From NCBI GenBank assembly GCA_021498095.1, contig JAIZWK010000001.1, positions 480,001-512,000 on the forward strand: a DNA stretch of 32,000 nucleotides, written 5' to 3'. The stretch's first letter is position 1. Every line of letters begins with the position of its first letter. Below the pieces are notes generated by a model. The model worked only from the letters and a program-made list of their open reading frames with translations. It did no database searches and was not told where the DNA came from. The translations under genes and the position numbers were made by a program. Of the stretch, positions 27,106-32,000 are shown in pieces. The stretch comes from Candidatus Harpocratesius repetitus. GTDB taxonomy: Archaea > Asgardarchaeota > Lokiarchaeia > Sigyniarchaeales > Promethearchaeaceae.

Positions 27106-27110
27106 CCTCC
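27106..27110 (-). promoter_or_regulatory. Shine-Dalgarno site of the PPC-repeat surface protein gene
   Basis: GGAGG on the minus strand, 11 nt upstream of the ATG at 27094. Confidence 0.6.
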
Positions 27111-27397
27111 CTAAAATAGAATGAAAGAAGATAATTTGTTTGTTTTAATCAAACTCGGTAAAGAATTTTCTTGCAATTTATGTTTGATGTTCTTTCCGAG
27201 TGCTAAAAGTAAGATAAAAATAAAGTCTTTTTATTTTACGTTTTGAGAATCTTTTTAATATTTTTAGGGAAATCCTTCCCAATCCTTTGTAATTATTCTA
27301 TTATTTTTAAATAGTAAATATTCAATCAAAAATCGTGGTACAATTATTTATCTCACATCAAAATTGCATTTAAAAAAATACTATAATCACAATTTTT

Positions 27398-27403
27398 AAG
27401 GAG
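27398..27403 (+). promoter_or_regulatory. Shine-Dalgarno-like site in front of ATG 27409
   Basis: AAGGAG 5 nt upstream of an ATG that opens a 24-codon ORF. Its TGA overlaps the Snf2 ATG (ATGA at 27480-27483). Confidence 0.5.
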
Positions 27404-27479
27404 AAAGCATGATTGAGGAAAATGAATACGAATTCAATTATTATCCTCCCTATTCTTTTTCACTGGGGGTCTTCATTAC

Positions 27480-30400
27480 ATGAATCTACAATTAACTTAT
27501 CTTCCCGCAAAATATTGGAACGATCCATCATCTCATTTTCGATTGATTTCTAAAACAAAGAAACCCCCTCAAGATTCTAGCTTTTTTATTATGTGGAGCA
27601 CGAATGAACTTTCTAAATCTTCAAAACTTGAAAATGATTATTCAGTATTGCGAAATAATTTAGAGAAAGAGATAAAATGGTATTTTCCAAAGATTCCTAC
27701 CGCTAAGTTATTGGAATGCGAAATATTTCTTAGTATTCCATATGATAATAAGTTAAAATCCGGAGAATTCCAAAAAGTTTTCCAACTTCGCCCTATTTTT
27801 GGGAAAATCATTCCAATACCTCCAGCAATTAAATTACTTTTTTTTCTTCAAATTATTGAAACTAACGATCGAACAAAACGCATTCCACAGTATTCAGAAT
27901 CAATTAAAACATGGGCATATCTAACAAAATTAACGGTAGAATTGCTCTCTAGGGGAAATTTTGTTCCAACACTTCATGAAATAGATTCTAATACATTTAT
28001 TGGACAGTGGAAGACAATTCTTAAAAGTCAAATGGATTATCAACGTTTTCATTTGATATTAAGAAATAGCGCATGGAGCGCGTTTAATCTTCCTATTGAT
28101 ATTATTCCCCCACATGGAAAAATCAAAGAATTCCAAACATCTGGTTTATGGCACCCATCATATTTGTTTATTGAATATATGGACACAGTTGGAGATTATT
28201 TAATTCGAGAATCATTAACAGATAAATTCTTTGCTCAATTTTCTGCAATATATAATTATTCTCCGCTTGAAATGGAAAATACATGCTTAGAAGATCCTGA
28301 TACACCATGGGATCTAAGATTTCTACATTCTTGCATTAGTAAACATCGAAATTTCAAAATCACTCGATTTTGTGATACTCCTATTCCAGGAATCCTTCGT
28401 AATTGGGTCCAAAATATTCAAGGATTTTCATTTTCTCACGGATTAGCATTCACATTTCGCTTGGAATACCCTAAAACAGAAAAATCAGATTGGACTCTTG
28501 GTTTTTATCTGCAACCTCTTCATGATCCAGATTATTTTATTCCTCTACAAGAATTATGGGGAGGAATATTAACTCATAATGCAGAATTTGCCAATGTTTG
28601 TGATGATGAGAATGGATTACAAGAAGAAACTTTGCGAGCACTGGGAACAGCATCAAAACTTTTTCCACCAATTAAAAGAGCATTATTTGGAAAAGGTCCA
28701 TCACAAGTGAAACTTAAAGCAGCAGAAGTAATGGATTTCATGAGATATTCCATGTATCTTTTAATTCAAGCAGGTTTCAATGTTGTATTACCTGAGGAAT
28801 TTACTGAAAAAGGTCAACAGAGGTTAAGTGCGCGTTTAGTCATTAAGCCTAAATCGCAATCATCACAAAAAAGAACTCATTTTGCCTCTACAAATGCACA
28901 AACAGCATTATTTGACATGGATTCGATGTTAGAATTCCATTGGGAAGGTATGATTGAAGGAAATCGATTAACTGAAAAAGAATTTCTAGAACTTGCGAAT
29001 AATCGAGAACCTCTGATTTTTTGGCGAGATCGTTGGATCTTAGTTGATCCAGAAGATATGGAAAATCTAAGACCAATATTTGAAACACAATCGAAAATAA
29101 AAGGAGAAATATCATATAGTGAAGCATTAAAGCTGGGAATGGTTGGAGATATTCAACTAAGTGAAACATCCAATCATTATGAAGTAGTAGTTGAAGGTGA
29201 ATTTCGAAATATCATCGATACACTTGAGAATATTCAAGAGTTTTCGCCTATTCCAATTCCATCAAATTTCCAAGGAACTCTAAGACCGTATCAGCAATCA
29301 GCACTTACGTGGTTGACACATATGACTTCGCTAAATTTTGGTGTGTGTTTAGCAGATGATATGGGTTTAGGAAAAACAGTTGAAATAATTTCCTTTTTGC
29401 AAAGACGTAAAGAAGATTTTCCTAATGCACCTGGTTCAATATTAATTATTTGCCCTACATCAGTTTTGTTTAACTGGAGAAGGGAAATAAATCGGTTTGC
29501 ACCTGATCTTGAGATTTATACCCACCATGGCCCGAATCGAGTAAAAAATTTACAAGCCCTTCAGAAATTTTCTCAAAACCATTTATTGATTTTAACAACC
29601 TATGGAACTGTCAGAAATGATAGCGAATTTTTAGAAACAATCCATTTTGCAGGAATTATTTTAGATGAATCTCAGAATATCAAAAATTACCAAGCACAAA
29701 AAACAAAAGCAATTCTACGGTTAAAATCCCAATTTAAAATTGCGTTAAGTGGAACACCAATTGAAAATCGGTTACTAGAATTATGGACACTTTTTAGTTT
29801 CCTAAATCCAGGATTATTAGGTAAAAGACGCATTTTTCAACAGAAATTCATCCTTCCAATTGAACGATATCATGATGAACAAATTTCAGCAAAATTGAAG
29901 CGCTTTATTTCACCTTTTATTCTACGACGACTCAAAACTGATACTAACATTATTCAAGATTTACCAGAAAAGAACGAAATAAAAATCTATTTGGAATTAA
30001 GTCCTAAACAAGCACAATTATATGCAAAAGTTGTTCGTGAAACCTTGCAGGAAATCGAAAATCTTGAAAAATCTAATATTCAAAGAAAAGGTCTAATTCT
30101 GAAGCTATTAACGGCAACTAAACAAATATGTAATCATCCTGTCCAATATCTTTATAAAACGAAACATAAAGTGAAAATTTTACCAAAATCAGCACCCATC
30201 AATCAATCCGAAAACCCATCTAATAATCTATCGGAAAAACAATCTGATGATATTGAAATTTCTTATTCAGAATTTTTACATGCATCTCAGAAATTGGAAA
30301 GATTGTCGGAAATGGTGGAAGAAGTCTTGGAAGACGGCGAAAAACTATTAATTTTCACTCAATTCAAACAAATGGGCGATTTATTAAAAGAATTTTTAGA

Positions 30401-30821
30401 ACTAAAATATCACCTTCCAGTCGGATGGTTTCATGGGGGTGTTCCGGAGCGGCAGCGCCAACAATTAGTAGATAATTTCCAATCTACAGCATTAGACTCC
30501 ATTCCAATTCTAATCTTGTCTCTTAGAGCAGGAGGAACGGGTTTGAACCTTACGCAAGCATCTACTGTATTTCACTATGATAGATGGTGGAACCCTGCTG
30601 TTGAAGATCAAGCCACCGATCGAGCTTATAGGATAGGTCAAAAAAAGACTGTTAATGTGTATAAATTTATCACTACCGGAACAATAGAAGAAAAGATTGA
30701 TCAAATGTTGGAAGAAAAGCGGGATCTTGCCGATCGGATTCTTGCTGCAAAAGATGAAACTTGGATCACCGCTCTTTCTAATGACGAATTGAAAGAATTG
30801 TTTAGTCTTTCTTATAGCTAA
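27480..30821 (+). CDS. Prokaryotic Snf2/Swi2-family ATPase (DUF3670 + SNF2_N + Helicase_C type)
   Basis: LRPYQ, CLADDMGLGKT, ILDESQNIKN, ALSGTPIENRL, LSLRAGGTGLNL, DRWWNPAVEDQATDRAYRIGQ. DUF3670-like FHWE...LTEKEF...LIFWRDRW. Confidence 0.95.
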   Translation: MNLQLTYLPAKYWNDPSSHFRLISKTKKPPQDSSFFIMWSTNELSKSSKLENDYSVLRNNLEKEIKWYFPKIPTAKLLECEIFLSIPYDNKLKSGEFQKVFQLRPIFGKIIPIPPAIKLLFFLQIIETNDRTKRIPQYSESIKTWAYLTKLTVELLSRGNFVPTLHEIDSNTFIGQWKTILKSQMDYQRFHLILRNSAWSAFNLPIDIIPPHGKIKEFQTSGLWHPSYLFIEYMDTVGDYLIRESLTDKFFAQFSAIYNYSPLEMENTCLEDPDTPWDLRFLHSCISKHRNFKITRFCDTPIPGILRNWVQNIQGFSFSHGLAFTFRLEYPKTEKSDWTLGFYLQPLHDPDYFIPLQELWGGILTHNAEFANVCDDENGLQEETLRALGTASKLFPPIKRALFGKGPSQVKLKAAEVMDFMRYSMYLLIQAGFNVVLPEEFTEKGQQRLSARLVIKPKSQSSQKRTHFASTNAQTALFDMDSMLEFHWEGMIEGNRLTEKEFLELANNREPLIFWRDRWILVDPEDMENLRPIFETQSKIKGEISYSEALKLGMVGDIQLSETSNHYEVVVEGEFRNIIDTLENIQEFSPIPIPSNFQGTLRPYQQSALTWLTHMTSLNFGVCLADDMGLGKTVEIISFLQRRKEDFPNAPGSILIICPTSVLFNWRREINRFAPDLEIYTHHGPNRVKNLQALQKFSQNHLLILTTYGTVRNDSEFLETIHFAGIILDESQNIKNYQAQKTKAILRLKSQFKIALSGTPIENRLLELWTLFSFLNPGLLGKRRIFQQKFILPIERYHDEQISAKLKRFISPFILRRLKTDTNIIQDLPEKNEIKIYLELSPKQAQLYAKVVRETLQEIENLEKSNIQRKGLILKLLTATKQICNHPVQYLYKTKHKVKILPKSAPINQSENPSNNLSEKQSDDIEISYSEFLHASQKLERLSEMVEEVLEDGEKLLIFTQFKQMGDLLKEFLELKYHLPVGWFHGGVPERQRQQLVDNFQSTALDSIPILILSLRAGGTGLNLTQASTVFHYDRWWNPAVEDQATDRAYRIGQKKTVNVYKFITTGTIEEKIDQMLEEKRDLADRILAAKDETWITALSNDELKELFSLSYS

Positions 30822-31115
30822 TTTTTTTTAGAAATCGAGATTCTTTCTAAATTTTAAAATCATCAATTTTAATGTCTTTTCTATTTTGATATCCACAATT
30901 TATTTTATGTTAAAGAGTGTTCTATTTAATATAATTCTATAAAAATTTACAAATTGTGCATTCATGCATGATTAGGCTTTAATTACTATAATTATATGTA
31001 ATTATAAGAATACAATGCTCTAAATGAAACCTTTATTTCATAATTTGTATAAATTGAATATTAAAATAAATGCTTTTTATGTGAATTAAAAATAATTTTT
31101 TTTAAAAAGCGATTT

Positions 31116-32000
31116 TTATTTACTCAAATCAATTTTTTCTGCCATCATCCGTAGCATGTTCTCTTCGGGAACCTTTTTAAAGGGATCGAGCAAGTATTCA
31201 AATGCCAACTCATAATAAGTGCGAGAAAAATGATCAAAATAATCATCGAAGATTTTTCCAATAGGTATTCTTATAGATCTTGGAGAATATTCTGGAAAGG
31301 GTAAGTTAGGATAATTTAAATCAAAAATAATTGCCTTTTCGTTATAATACAACCATATTTTCTTTGATTTTAGAATGTTATATTGTGAGGCGGTCAACTC
31401 GATAGCAGAGGGGGAATATATTTTGAGTTTTTCGAGATGTGGGGCATTTATAAGAGAGGAAGGTAAAGAGTGTATATTTTTAGAATTGTAAAGAGTGAGT
31501 TCAGAGAATTCAGGCATTAAATTAAAAAGATTTGGTAATTGAGTGATTTTGGGGGTTAATAGATAAAGACCTTTAAGATAATGATGATCTTTAAAGAATT
31601 GCTGTGGAAAGTTTTGGAGTCGATAAAGAATTAAGGTCGAAGCAGTTAATTTTGAAAGACGGTTGAGCCAAGAGGGCATTTCCTTAATGAATTGATCTTC
31701 AAAATAAATATATTTAAGATTGGGTAAGAAGTCAGGTAATTGTTCCAACATTTCATTTAATTCATCCGACGGCTCTTTATGTAAGCCAATCAAATAAATC
31801 GAATGAATATACTCAACTTTTCGATTCGTAGGATTGAATTTATCATAATCTGTTAGAAAAGTAGCACTAACTGTAATAAATGGTAAATCCTTACAATCAA
31901 AGGCATTGGTTTCATCTTCCCAAATTACACGTAATTCTTGCAAATAGGATGCAGTTTGGCGGTCAAGTTCATCAAATGGAGGATGTATATTTGCACAGTA
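31116..32000 (-). CDS. Leucine-rich repeat protein, 5' end outside the window
   Basis: LRR units PNLKYIYFEDQFIKEMP, LKGLYLLTPKITQLP, FSELTLYNSKNIHSLP and LEKLKIYS. I read the frame open from TTG 31943 to the window edge at 32000. Confidence 0.75.
   Translation of the reverse strand, partial: YCANIHPPFDELDRQTASYLQELRVIWEDETNAFDCKDLPFITVSATFLTDYDKFNPTNRKVEYIHSIYLIGLHKEPSDELNEMLEQLPDFLPNLKYIYFEDQFIKEMPSWLNRLSKLTASTLILYRLQNFPQQFFKDHHYLKGLYLLTPKITQLPNLFNLMPEFSELTLYNSKNIHSLPSSLINAPHLEKLKIYSPSAIELTASQYNILKSKKIWLYYNEKAIIFDLNYPNLPFPEYSPRSIRIPIGKIFDDYFDHFSRTYYELAFEYLLDPFKKVPEENMLRMMAEKIDLSK

Noticed and set aside
163-30704. Short 60-95 aa ORFs in the track (e.g. 163-345, 332-535, 1117-1329, 1232-1459, 2735-2947, 3475-3678, 5250-5465, 9181-9381, 13421-13603, 15445-15663, 24025-24213, 28888-29169, 30510-30704)
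   Set aside because: All lie inside or antisense to longer motif-supported genes and have no recognisable motifs; these are shadow ORFs.
30980-31004. Near-palindrome TAATTACTATAATTATATGTAATTA in the convergent intergenic region
   Set aside because: Almost pure A/T in a very AT-rich spacer, so expected by chance. At most part of a terminator region.
1-32000. tRNA, rRNA or IS/transposase genes
   Set aside because: No GC-rich cloverleaf, rRNA-like tract, transposase motif or terminal inverted repeat with target duplication was seen. The intergenic spacers are short and AT-rich.

Overview
AT-rich (roughly 30% GC by eye), gene-dense archaeal chromosomal window with 19 credible CDS. I found no rRNA, tRNA, CRISPR or IS elements. 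The gene content points to an Asgard archaeon of the Lokiarchaeia type (inference): proteasome alpha subunit, tetraether synthase Tes, a Rag-like GTPase with a roadblock-type C-terminal domain, an IPGY-CTERM surface protein, and LRR and TPR proteins. Order along the window: a MoxR AAA / partner / PAP2-like operon; LRR-zinc ribbon protein; nucleoside 2-deoxyribosyltransferase; orphan N6-adenine methyltransferase; Rag-like GTPase head-to-head with a VWA + two C4HC3-finger protein; 2-hydroxyacid dehydrogenase; DUF2284; psmA head-to-head with an alpha-SNAP-like helical repeat protein; tes; two very large surface proteins; a Snf2 ATPase; and an LRR gene cut by the window edge. The strongest novelty candidate is the eukaryote-like block at 8766-15375, centred on an Ssl1/p44- or Rpn10-like VWA-RING-RING protein. 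Other notable observations are a PAP2 protein lacking both catalytic histidines, a K-turn/SECIS-like hairpin upstream of tes, a recent 351-bp intragenic triplication, and a possible frameshift or uORF at the Snf2 start. All family assignments come from motif recognition and remembered sequences, not from database searches.
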